Origin: a virus | Taxonomy: Duplodnaviria; Heunggongvirae; Uroviricota; Caudoviricetes | IMG/VR virus record: IMGVR_UViG_3300049846_001252 | Direction: 5' to 3' (one strand) | Length of the DNA: 64,000 nucleotides | Part shown: piece by piece, positions 8,767 to 16,842 of the stretch | Numbering within the stretch: the stretch's first letter is position 1 | Layout: each line of letters opens with the position of its first letter | The notes under the pieces: model-generated | What the model was told of the DNA's origin: nothing | The model's database searches: none | What the model saw: the letters and a program-made list of their open reading frames with translations, nothing else | Translations under genes and position numbers: made by a program

Positions 8767-9904
8767 GAAAAAAGAAGGTATTAAGCTTTCTCATTCGGCA
8801 ATGAATACGTATTTAGAATGCCCGAGAAAGTATCACCTTAGATACAACGAACGTCTAGTTTCGGCGTATAAGTCTAGCGCACTGTATTTCGGCACAGCAA
8901 TCGACGCGGCACTGGAATATATGTGTCAAAATAAAGACGACAAGAATATATTGAATAAGTCCATTTTCAGATTTTATAGAAACTGGATTAGACAAAAAAA
9001 TAATAACGATGAATTAATCTATCTTAAGTATAGTGAAGAAATAACTTATTCCAAAGCCGATTTTGATTATGACCTATTAACAGATAAAGATAAAAAAGAA
9101 CTATCCAGATACAGCGATGATATAATGGCCGACAGAGAGATAGTACATGCTGACAAGAAGGAAATGGGCTGGGAGAATGTCCCATCAGAAGAAAGACAAT
9201 TCCTAAATCTAGGAAATTGGCTTTCGCTTAGACATAAGGGCCGAATATTGCTTGAAGGATTTTATAAAGAAGTGCTCCCGCGCATTAAAAAAGTTCATGC
9301 AACGCAAATGTATATTTCTTTAGAAAACGAAGAAGGCGATTTGGTTCGGGGATACATAGATTTGATTTGCGACTGGGACACGATTGATAATACAATAGTG
9401 TTTGATTTTAAGACTTCGTCAGTTAAGTATGAAGATGACAGCGTAAAAGAATCAGAACAATTAGGATTATATAGTCTTGCGTTACTAGAGCCCCCGAATA
9501 ATGAAATGATAGATATAGATATTAAGCAAGAAGGGTACATAGTCCTAAAAAAAGGATTAGATAAAGCGGTGACTAAAACTTGCACAAAATGCGGGAATGT
9601 GGCACTTCCTGGGGGCAGGGCGATAACTTGTCTCAATATGGTACAAGGAAAAAAATGCGGGGGCCAATGGGCGCGAGACGTTATTTTTAACGGCGAGTAT
9701 CAAATAATTCTTGACAAAGTTCCTGAATCAGTTAAAGATAGAGTAATAGATAAAATTAATAGAGTGAATGCTGAGATTAAGAATGGAGAATTTCCGATGA
9801 ATACTGATTCGTGTATAAGTAAATTTGGGCGCTGCGAATATTTCAATTTTTGTCACCACAATGATTCTAGTAGTTTAATTAAGAAAGAAGGCGAGCGTAA
9901 ATGA
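8756..9904 (+). CDS. Cas4/RecB-family PD-(D/E)xK nuclease with Fe-S cysteine cluster
   Basis: motif II GYIDLICDWD, motif III DFKT, QhxxY motif QLGLYSL; N-terminal Cys plus C-terminal CISKFGRCEYFNFC. Confidence 0.7.
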   Translation: MNNKKKEGIKLSHSAMNTYLECPRKYHLRYNERLVSAYKSSALYFGTAIDAALEYMCQNKDDKNILNKSIFRFYRNWIRQKNNNDELIYLKYSEEITYSKADFDYDLLTDKDKKELSRYSDDIMADREIVHADKKEMGWENVPSEERQFLNLGNWLSLRHKGRILLEGFYKEVLPRIKKVHATQMYISLENEEGDLVRGYIDLICDWDTIDNTIVFDFKTSSVKYEDDSVKESEQLGLYSLALLEPPNNEMIDIDIKQEGYIVLKKGLDKAVTKTCTKCGNVALPGGRAITCLNMVQGKKCGGQWARDVIFNGEYQIILDKVPESVKDRVIDKINRVNAEIKNGEFPMNTDSCISKFGRCEYFNFCHHNDSSSLIKKEGERK

Positions 9905-9908
9905 TACT

Positions 9909-10076
9909 ATGCTGGAAACGTGGTTAGTAACAGTAGTATTAGTTATTATATTTATAGGAGCAGTTATTTGGATGGCCAGCACACCGCCAGATCCAGATGC
10001 CCCGCCGCCAAGACCAGGACTCGTTGAAGACTTAGCTGCGTATAGAAGAAAAAAAAGGAAGAAGAGAAGATTATGA
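9909..10076 (+). CDS. small membrane protein (55 aa: TM helix plus Pro-rich and basic tail), not in ORF track
   Basis: ATG 9909; MLETWLVTVVLVIIFIGAVIWM...RRKKRKKRRL; fills an intergenic gap. Confidence 0.3.
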   Translation: MLETWLVTVVLVIIFIGAVIWMASTPPDPDAPPPRPGLVEDLAAYRRKKRKKRRL

Positions 10077-10213
10077 AACTTATCTTAGGAATTTATATGT
10101 TAGCCGGAATTTTAGCTTGCACTTCTCTTGGTCCTATGTGCAACAAAGACAATAATGACGAACAGTGTCAAAGAAAATTAGAACGTTTTAATAGGCAGAG
10201 GGATAGATAAAAA
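10073..10213 (+). CDS. small lipoprotein-like peptide (46 aa), not in ORF track
   Basis: ATGA overlap with previous small ORF; LAGILAC lipobox-like, then Cys-containing tail. Confidence 0.3.
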
Positions 10214-10215
10214 TA

Positions 10216-10494
10216 ATGGACAATGCATTTCTTCAATGGGTAGAAGACTCAACAGAATTACCGGTTATTAAAGATTTTGACGAATTAATGTCTGAAGTAC
10301 TATATGCCTACGAAGAACAGTATGCCCCGATTCGCGTCAATAAAGCAGGAGTTTATTACATCTATAAACTAGCTGTCGGTAAAAATTGGGCACAGTATAA
10401 AGAGCATGTGTATAAATTAAATCCAGGAGTATACGACTCAATGGTAAAATTCTTTACTGTATGGCGTGAAGAGGATAATCATGCTAACGACTAA
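10216..10494 (+). CDS. hypothetical protein
   Basis: ORF. Confidence 0.4.
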   Translation: MDNAFLQWVEDSTELPVIKDFDELMSEVLYAYEEQYAPIRVNKAGVYYIYKLAVGKNWAQYKEHVYKLNPGVYDSMVKFFTVWREEDNHAND

Positions 10495-10732
10495 GTATAA
10501 GGTTAGAAGATTTTTTTGGAATATATTTGGTTGGCCAGATTTACCGCCGAGGAATTTTAATGTTACAGTTAAGCATAATAACTATACTGGAAAGTTCTAT
10601 ATGCCGAATTATAGAGTAATGGGTCGAATGTATTCATTAGGTCATGATGTAGAATTTATAGCTAAAGAATTTAACGTTACTAGAGAACGAGTTAGACAAT
10701 GTATTTGGAAATCGTATAGGGAGTGTGCCTAA
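10466..10732 (+). CDS. small DNA-binding protein with sigma-70 region-4-like HTH
   Basis: EFIAKEFNVTRERVRQCIWKSYR resembles sigma region 4.2 (…VTRERIRQIE…). Confidence 0.45.
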   Translation: MKRIIMLTTKYKVRRFFWNIFGWPDLPPRNFNVTVKHNNYTGKFYMPNYRVMGRMYSLGHDVEFIAKEFNVTRERVRQCIWKSYRECA

Positions 10733-11304
10733 TGGACAATAAGTCGAGAGAGTTTTGGATTATTGATCATGCATTAGGTGATGGGAAAACACTAGTAGAA
10801 AACACATTTATGGGTTCTTCTGATAAACCTACGGATGCGCAATTCAAGCAGTGGCCAGGTAAGTTTATCCACGTCATCGAATACAGCGCCTATGAAGCTT
10901 TGAATATTTATTGGCAAAATCAATACGACACAATCTGCAAACAACTCGAAGCTGCGAAGGCCGCATACGAAGACATCTATGCAAAATACGCAAACTCTTT
11001 AAATGACCCGAAAGCTAAAGTAGAAAGACAGCGCGATGAACTCCAAAATGAACTCGCCGCAGAGAAAGCAAAGAGCGCGAAGCTGGCGGGTCTTGCGCAA
11101 AAAATAAAACATCAAACCGAAAGAAAAGAGCGTGGATGCAAAGGTTCTCATACTCAATATTCTTCAATGAGCAATGATAGAATTTGTCCGATATGCAAAC
11201 AATGGGAAGATGGACCTGGGGGTGATATAGTGACTTATGAGCCAACAAATTTAGCGAAAGAAGCAGTAGAAGCCTTAGCTGAATATAACAAGGAGGAGAA
11301 ATGA
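10723..11304 (+). CDS. coiled-coil protein with C-terminal CxxC
   Basis: Ala/Lys/Glu-rich heptads; RICPICKQWEDGPGG. Confidence 0.4.
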   Translation: MCLMDNKSREFWIIDHALGDGKTLVENTFMGSSDKPTDAQFKQWPGKFIHVIEYSAYEALNIYWQNQYDTICKQLEAAKAAYEDIYAKYANSLNDPKAKVERQRDELQNELAAEKAKSAKLAGLAQKIKHQTERKERGCKGSHTQYSSMSNDRICPICKQWEDGPGGDIVTYEPTNLAKEAVEALAEYNKEEK

Positions 11305-11374
11305 ATTGTTTATTTTGCGATGGAGCCGGATGTGATGAATGTATGGAAGATCACGAAGAATATGAGGAGTCTGA

Positions 11375-11791
11375 ATGAATCAAAAACAATTTATTGACGA
11401 ATCAATGACAAGAGATATGCCAGGACTTGATTATAGTCCAGTATCTAAGCGATTATCGGAGAACAACAGTTTAATGCGCCTTCTTCATGCGTCTATTGGT
11501 ATGTCGGGAGAAACCGGAGAAGTCCTGGATAACTTGAAAAAATCAGTTATGTATGGAAAAGAATTAAATAAGGAAAATCTTTTAGAGGAATGCGGGGACA
11601 TTCTCTACTATATGGCTGTAATGCTCCATGAGCTTAATTCAGACTTTGAGCAAGTAATGCAAATGAATTGTGAAAAGCTAAGAAAGCGTTATCCAAATGG
11701 GTTTAGTGAAAAAGATGCAATCGAGAGAAAAGATAAAGTACTAGACGAACTACAAGAAGAGACCGAAAAATTGGAGATTATTTTTAAATGA
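11375..11791 (+). CDS. mazG: MazG-like nucleoside triphosphate pyrophosphohydrolase
   Basis: LLHASIGMSGETGEVLDNLKK...GDILYYMAVM...LRKRYPNGFS typical MazG core. Confidence 0.7.
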   Translation: MNQKQFIDESMTRDMPGLDYSPVSKRLSENNSLMRLLHASIGMSGETGEVLDNLKKSVMYGKELNKENLLEECGDILYYMAVMLHELNSDFEQVMQMNCEKLRKRYPNGFSEKDAIERKDKVLDELQEETEKLEIIFK

Positions 11792-12006
11792 AAATTTACA
11801 AATTGACATGTAATGAAATAGATAAAGAACCTATGATTATAAGTAGTAACTATAAATCTCCTAGGATTATGAAATGGGAGAAATTGTTTCTGTCTAAAGA
11901 AAGGGCAGACAAAGAAGCTGAAGAAAACACGGAAGCAGCATTCAAACTATTAGGCTGGATGCCCCGAGTTGAATTTATTGTAACCGAATTGGATGTAATC
12001 GAATAA
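11788..12006 (+). CDS. hypothetical protein
   Basis: ORF. Confidence 0.35.
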   Translation: MKIYKLTCNEIDKEPMIISSNYKSPRIMKWEKLFLSKERADKEAEENTEAAFKLLGWMPRVEFIVTELDVIE

Positions 12007-12215
12007 TGTCTAAACTTTGCGGAATAGTGTTGTTAGTCAACTTATCTACAGAAGCCTGGAATGCAAGGGATACTGAGAATAAGGCCGTCGCACAAGTTCG
12101 TTGTAAACAGATATACAAAGAAGAAGCCCCATGTTTAGTTAAGTTTATTAAGATGGAGCCATTGGTATATCGAGCGATTTGTGGGGAAGTGAAGAAGAGA
12201 TCATGGGAAGAATAG
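12006..12215 (+). CDS. hypothetical protein
   Basis: ORF. Confidence 0.35.
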   Translation: MSKLCGIVLLVNLSTEAWNARDTENKAVAQVRCKQIYKEEAPCLVKFIKMEPLVYRAICGEVKKRSWEE

Positions 12216-12487
12216 TCATCATGTTTTTAATAACAATATTATTGAGTTTAACATCTCATGCTCAATATAAATTTCATTATGGGGATAATGTGATGGTGCA
12301 TAGTTCGGTATGGCATCAACCTTGTTATGACGATGAATTTGTAAATATATGTGGTAAAATTGGGACAGTTATCGCAGTTGAAACCGCTAAATATAGCGAA
12401 GGATATGTGTATACTGTAAAATTTGACTTTAAAGATCTTTGCTCAATTATTAAGACATACCATGAAGTACATTTAATAAGGAAGTAA
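12203..12487 (+). CDS. small secreted protein (signal peptide)
   Basis: MGRIVIMFLITILLSLTSHAQ signal-like N-terminus; start moved from 12179 to ATG 12203. Confidence 0.35.
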   Translation: MGRIVIMFLITILLSLTSHAQYKFHYGDNVMVHSSVWHQPCYDDEFVNICGKIGTVIAVETAKYSEGYVYTVKFDFKDLCSIIKTYHEVHLIRK

Positions 12488-12489
12488 TA

Positions 12490-13188
12490 ATGCGAATTGC
12501 GGCAATTTCTGACGTACACGGTAAGTGGAACAAACTCGGAAACATTGAACCCTGTGACATTCTCATCAGTGCGGGCGATTATAGCTTCACTGGAGAAAAG
12601 CATATGGTCGAAGACTTTCATAAATGGCTTAATAAACAGCCAACCAAGCATATAATATCAGTTCAAGGGAATCATGAGTGCTTTATCGACAAAATGCCCC
12701 AGCCTGTTCGGGGAAGGATCTCTTCTCTTACTTTTTCGGAAGCTAAGGAATTAGCACAAAGCGTATGTCCTAGAGTTCATTTTATAGGAGATGGTGAGAC
12801 AGTAGTTATTGACGGAATAAAAATTCACGGGAGTGCATGTACCCCTTGGTTCCATTCATGGGCTTGGAATAGACTATCGTGGGAACTAAAAGAAGAATGG
12901 GCTAAAATTCCGGACGATACAGACATTCTAATTACACACGGCCCCGCGTATGGAATACTTGATACAGTAAATTTTGCTGACGGAACGCCAAAATCAGAAC
13001 ACTTAGGTTGTCAACACTTAATGGATAGAATTAGGGAGATAAAGCCGGATTTGCATATTTTTGGACATATCCACTCGTCCCACGGGATTAAGCATCATGA
13101 GGGAGTTAGTTTCTATAATGCCTCATGCTGCGACGAAATGTACGTAGCTAGTAATCCAGTAACATATATAGATTATGAAAAGGACTAA
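12490..13188 (+). CDS. calcineurin-like metallophosphoesterase
   Basis: AISDVHG (DxH), GDYSFTG, GNHE, FGHIH motifs. Confidence 0.7.
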   Translation: MRIAAISDVHGKWNKLGNIEPCDILISAGDYSFTGEKHMVEDFHKWLNKQPTKHIISVQGNHECFIDKMPQPVRGRISSLTFSEAKELAQSVCPRVHFIGDGETVVIDGIKIHGSACTPWFHSWAWNRLSWELKEEWAKIPDDTDILITHGPAYGILDTVNFADGTPKSEHLGCQHLMDRIREIKPDLHIFGHIHSSHGIKHHEGVSFYNASCCDEMYVASNPVTYIDYEKD

Positions 13189-13190
13189 TT

Positions 13191-13496
13191 ATGCAAGATA
13201 AGAAGGTTTATAGAAACTGGGATCACTATTGGTCCAACGGGAATCACGGATTTAGTTCTGCATCAAAAGATTACGCAAAGGAAATATGGGACGATTTTCA
13301 GCCAACAATCGAAGCATCCCTAGACGATTATAAACGAGCGTATATTAAATTAACAGAAGAACAGTTAAAATTTAGAAGCGAACTAACTGATGCATTACTG
13401 GACTATATTGAGTTATACAAGAAAGAAGACGCCCCTAAGTTTTGGAAATGGTTTCTAGAACAATCCAGAAAAGAAACACTTGACAAACCAGAATAA
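13191..13496 (+). CDS. hypothetical protein
   Basis: ORF. Confidence 0.4.
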   Translation: MQDKKVYRNWDHYWSNGNHGFSSASKDYAKEIWDDFQPTIEASLDDYKRAYIKLTEEQLKFRSELTDALLDYIELYKKEDAPKFWKWFLEQSRKETLDKPE

Positions 13497-13515
13497 CTAA
13501 GATAAGGTATTATAC

Positions 13516-13908
13516 ATGGAGAAGAAAAAAGTGACAAAATGGGATTTAAAAAAAGCAGCTAAACTATTAGGTCTAGAATGGAATTCTACATCAGAACAAA
13601 AAATGCGCGAACTTGCGGGAGAAGAATTGCCCGAGATTGATAATTCTCAAGAAGAACCGTCTCAAGAAGAGACAGAGTTAGGACAAGGACTTTTATCTGC
13701 AATGGAGGAAGCAGCTAAGCCTCAAGGTATTGCCCGAGTTGCATACGATGTAGTAGAATTTTCTCCAGGAAAGTATCGTCTACTAGAAATAGTATATGAC
13801 ACTAGTAATGCTAATATTTTACTTGAAGCAGACAATGAACCTAAGTGTATCATGAAAATGCAACATTTAGTTGCTGAACGTAGAATGAAAGAAATTCGTG
13901 GAAAATAA
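13516..13908 (+). CDS. hypothetical acidic protein
   Basis: ORF. Confidence 0.4.
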   Translation: MEKKKVTKWDLKKAAKLLGLEWNSTSEQKMRELAGEELPEIDNSQEEPSQEETELGQGLLSAMEEAAKPQGIARVAYDVVEFSPGKYRLLEIVYDTSNANILLEADNEPKCIMKMQHLVAERRMKEIRGK

Positions 13909-13942
13909 ATTAAAACAATTATTAAAAGGAGAAGTATAAAAA

Positions 13943-15379
13943 ATGGAAACATTAGTATTAGGCGGATTGTTATTATTGACGTTAGGATTAGGCGCCGGAT
14001 TTTTATTGGTGTCACTACTATATCGTAGAGTTGTTGAGACAAACGAGGTACATATCGTACAGTCATCAAAGGCAACAAAGAGTTACGGTAAAGACACATC
14101 AAACGGAAACAGTTATTATGAATGGCCATCTTGGATTCCAGGATTAGGTATTACAAAAATTGTATTGCCAGTAAGTGTATTCGATCTAGATCTAGTCGGG
14201 TATGAGGCATACGATAAAGGCCGTCTACCTTTTATGGTAGATGTTAAGGCGTTTTTCCGCATTACCGATTCTAATATGGCAGCACAGAGAGTTGCTTCCT
14301 TTGAAGAACTTCAAAGTCAGCTTAAAGCTATCGTACAAGGGGCAGTAAGAACAATTCTTGCTAGTAATGAAATTGAAGAAATTATGCAGGGACGTTCAAC
14401 ATTCGGCGAACAGTTTACTAAAGAAGTAAATGGTCAACTTAAGGAATGGGGAGTTGAGACGGTTAAGAATATCGAACTTATGGATATCCGTGACGGTAAA
14501 GACGCACAAGTAATTCGTAATATCATGGAAAAGAAAAAATCTCTTATTGAAATGCAATCTCGCACTGAAGTAGCAAATAACAAACGTGCCGCAGAAATTG
14601 CTGAAGTAGAAGCTTTCCGTGAAGTTCAATTGCAAAAACAAGCAGCAGAACAATCCATCGGACTACGTACAGTAGAAAATAAGCGCCAAGTTGAATTAGC
14701 TAATCAAGAAATGGCTCAAGCTGTAAAACAGCAAGAGACATTGACTAAAGAAAAAGAAATGGAAGTACTGCGAGTACAACACGTTAAGACTGCGGATATT
14801 AATAAACAGGTACAACTAGTTAAAGCTAGTCAGGATAAAGAAACTGCTGAAATCGCTAAACAGATGGAAGTTATTAAAGCTAATCAAATTAAAGAAACGT
14901 CAATTATTGTCGCAGAAGGTAAACTAGAAGCCGAGAAACGGGCAGCGCAAGGATTAGAAGCTCAAGGTAATGCCAAAGCTGCGGCGGAAAAAGCATTACA
15001 ATTAGCGCCAGTAGAAGCCCAAATTGTTTTAGCTAAAGAGATTGGCAGTAACGAGTCATATCAGAAATATCTTATTACGATTGAACAAATTAAAGCAACT
15101 CAAGCAGTTGGAACACAACAAGCCAAAGCTCTTGAGAATGCTGAAGTTAAAATCATCTCTAACACAGGAAATGCAACACAAGGACTCAACTCGGTAGGCG
15201 AATTGTTTTCTTCTGGCGGTGGAGTGAAACTTGGTTCGATGCTTGAAGGTTTAGCGAATACTGATGTTGGTTCGGCTTTGTTAGCTAAATTTGGAGTGTC
15301 GGATACCGCATCATCTTCAAGTTCTAGTACAACAACTAACGGATCAGGCAAAGCTCCACTAATGAACGGGAAACACTAA
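13943..15379 (+). CDS. SPFH/band-7 (flotillin-like) membrane protein with long coiled-coil tail
   Basis: N-terminal TM LVLGGLLLLTLGLGAGFLLVSLLY; band-7-like core; about 200 aa Ala/Glu/Lys/Gln-rich coiled coil; Ser/Thr-rich C-terminus. Confidence 0.65.
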   Translation: METLVLGGLLLLTLGLGAGFLLVSLLYRRVVETNEVHIVQSSKATKSYGKDTSNGNSYYEWPSWIPGLGITKIVLPVSVFDLDLVGYEAYDKGRLPFMVDVKAFFRITDSNMAAQRVASFEELQSQLKAIVQGAVRTILASNEIEEIMQGRSTFGEQFTKEVNGQLKEWGVETVKNIELMDIRDGKDAQVIRNIMEKKKSLIEMQSRTEVANNKRAAEIAEVEAFREVQLQKQAAEQSIGLRTVENKRQVELANQEMAQAVKQQETLTKEKEMEVLRVQHVKTADINKQVQLVKASQDKETAEIAKQMEVIKANQIKETSIIVAEGKLEAEKRAAQGLEAQGNAKAAAEKALQLAPVEAQIVLAKEIGSNESYQKYLITIEQIKATQAVGTQQAKALENAEVKIISNTGNATQGLNSVGELFSSGGGVKLGSMLEGLANTDVGSALLAKFGVSDTASSSSSSTTTNGSGKAPLMNGKH

Positions 15380-15381
15380 TT

Positions 15382-15936
15382 ATGAGTAAAGAAACAATTC
15401 CTTTAATTTATAAAAAAATGTCTCAAGTAATGAAAGAAGTTGGGTTCGTTGGTAAAAATCAGACCAATACTCTTCAGAAGTACAAGTTCCGTGGTATCGA
15501 TGACTTTATAAATACATTATACCCGGCATTAACAAATAATGGAGTGTTCATGGCCCCACGAGCAATTTCATATTCTCAAGAACTAAAAGACGTTACTAGG
15601 TCTTCGGGAAAAGAAGGCGTAGATAAACATGTAGCAATTATGATGGAATATGATTTCTGGGCAGAAGATGGATCAAAAGTTACAGTAGGACCAATTCCGG
15701 CAGAAGGACTTGATAGTGGAGATAAGGCGACAAATAAAGCGTTGAGTGCGGCATTGAAGTACGCATTAATTCAAACGTTTAGCGTTCCTACTCAGGATAT
15801 GGCAGAAGCAGACCTAGACAGTCCTGAAATTGGAAAAGCTAAAAAAGCGTCTGAAGAAACCGACGCACCGAAAGCGGCAGCGGGCGGATTTAAACGAACA
15901 TTTGGAAAGACAAGCAATGAGTCAGCAAGAAAATAA
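15382..15936 (+). CDS. Erf-like single-strand annealing protein (putative)
   Basis: N-terminal KNQTNTLQKYKFRGIDDFINTLYPALTNNGV pattern (K..Y.Y..L..V...L...G) as in ERF family; sits upstream of the replication genes. Confidence 0.45.
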   Translation: MSKETIPLIYKKMSQVMKEVGFVGKNQTNTLQKYKFRGIDDFINTLYPALTNNGVFMAPRAISYSQELKDVTRSSGKEGVDKHVAIMMEYDFWAEDGSKVTVGPIPAEGLDSGDKATNKALSAALKYALIQTFSVPTQDMAEADLDSPEIGKAKKASEETDAPKAAAGGFKRTFGKTSNESARK

Positions 15937-16312
15937 TTCCTTGAACCTTCCTGAATTAGAAGTTGAAAAATTAGAGTCGCGGGCAAAAACTGCGGAAGGA
16001 ACTGAAGTTCCTGAAGCAAATACTGAGCCTTTAGAAAAGGTAGCAATGATGCGTTACGTTGCAGCAATGACTCAACTTAAAATGGTTATTCCTGAATTAT
16101 CTGTTCGCTCATTAGGACGAGCAATTACAAATGCCATCGATCTACCCGTAGCATCCGGAGTAGTTATGGATTTTGTAAAAAAAGAAGAAGCAGAAGTTGC
16201 AGGACTAATCGCTCAGATTATTGATTTAAGAATGCTTATACAAGCACAAAATATGAAAAAAGAAGATCAAACTAACTCTAAAGGAGAAAATACAAATGAT
16301 CAAGAGAAGTAA
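15917..16312 (+). CDS. hypothetical protein (start moved to ATG 15917, which overlaps the upstream stop)
   Basis: track ORF 15830 starts inside the upstream gene; ATGAGTCAGCAAGAAAATAA coupling. Confidence 0.4.
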   Translation: MSQQENNSLNLPELEVEKLESRAKTAEGTEVPEANTEPLEKVAMMRYVAAMTQLKMVIPELSVRSLGRAITNAIDLPVASGVVMDFVKKEEAEVAGLIAQIIDLRMLIQAQNMKKEDQTNSKGENTNDQEK

Positions 16313-16730
16313 TAACAGTACAGCGGCAGCAAAATCTGCTGGTACGACAACAACTAAAGCTGGAGCAGGAAAATCTGCTACGGGAACTACAACATCAACG
16401 GGTTCGTCAAAAGGCGGAGCAAAGTCCTCTACCGGTAATTCGTCGCCAAAACGACTAACTATCGGAACACTTAAGTCTCGCACCGGCGAAGACGGAGTAG
16501 AGCGTCAATTCCTAGTAATTGACAAACAAATCGGTCTTACATATAAAGGTAAGCCAGTAAATGTTAGCTTTAATACTGCACATTTTCGTAATGTAGAACA
16601 AGTAAAAGAGAGCGTAAACTATCTACAGGAAAATGGATATATTAGCTCAGAGTTCGCAGACCAGCGCCGTGAGTATCTTTCAAACGAAGATATCCTAGGT
16701 CAACTAGAAGTAAATCTAGACAACGAATAA
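16296..16730 (+). CDS. hypothetical protein with Ser/Thr/Gly/Ala-rich N-terminus
   Basis: ORF. Confidence 0.4.
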   Translation: MIKRSNNSTAAAKSAGTTTTKAGAGKSATGTTTSTGSSKGGAKSSTGNSSPKRLTIGTLKSRTGEDGVERQFLVIDKQIGLTYKGKPVNVSFNTAHFRNVEQVKESVNYLQENGYISSEFADQRREYLSNEDILGQLEVNLDNE

Positions 16731-16806
16731 TCCCCAACGGAGTGTCACCTACTTCGGTCATACATAAACTCCTCCTTTCTGTATCGAGAATTAAGTGGTG
16801 AGCAAG

Positions 16807-16830
16807 GGCGCGGCAAGCGCCTATTTTTTG
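16807..16830 (+). terminator. rho-independent terminator (GGCGC-ggcaa-GCGCC then TATTTTTTGG)
   Basis: 5-bp GC stem, 5-nt loop, U-tract; 77 nt downstream of the stop at 16730. Confidence 0.6.
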
Positions 16831-16842
16831 GGGCAAAAGGAA

